DNA of 64,000 nt, from contig NC_092353.1 of the NCBI RefSeq assembly GCF_963676685.1, positions 53,692,001 to 53,756,000 of the forward strand. Reading direction: 5' to 3'. A model generated the notes under the pieces. It was not told the origin of the DNA, did no database searches, and saw only the letters and a list, made by a program, of their open reading frames with translations. Position numbers and translations under genes: made by a program. Within the stretch, counting starts at the first letter, position 1, and every line of letters begins with the position of its first letter. Origin of the DNA: Mytilus edulis. Taxonomy: Eukaryota. Positions 63,901 through 64,000 of the stretch are shown here, piece by piece.

Positions 63901-64000
63901 GTTCTATTGTATGATTTACTTTTATTATTAAAATTCGTTTTAAAAAATCCACACGATCTAATTTTAAAAGTTGCATGGCTATCACTTTTTTTTCGTTGGT

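Overview
AT-rich, repeat-dense animal genomic DNA, most likely a bivalve (Mytilus-like, inferred from the repeat families and the gene family, not from a search). Host genes: (i) a tandem cluster of RING-less B-box/coiled-coil/beta-propeller (TRIM/NHL-like) genes, with two intact single-coding-exon copies (117-1790, 44098-45771), a propeller-only copy (51918-52700) and a decayed fragment (~50855-51190). The three copies with a 3' end are each followed by the same 25-26 bp minisatellite. (ii) A pseudogene for a secreted, membrane-anchored Cys-rich protein with a stanniocalcin-like segment (10460-11666), whose probable last exon lies 23 kb away (34827-34915). That intron holds a 20.3 kb TA-flanked CACAG-terminated DNA element with E-box-rich ends (14236-34572). 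Nested inside it is a 9-bp-TSD MITE, which in turn holds a very young LTR element (18341-24849, identical 308 bp LTRs). Its only ORF is an intact 1468 aa HhH-Gag-zinc knuckle-protease-C2H2-ubiquitin-like polyprotein with no RT, RNase H or integrase. Other highlights: a 1.55 kb polyadenylated insertion in a tRNA-derived SINE flanked by a perfect 147 bp duplication, and a tandem hammerhead-ribozyme retrozyme (358 nt monomer) near a Penelope-like RT remnant. All alignments and domain calls were made by eye.
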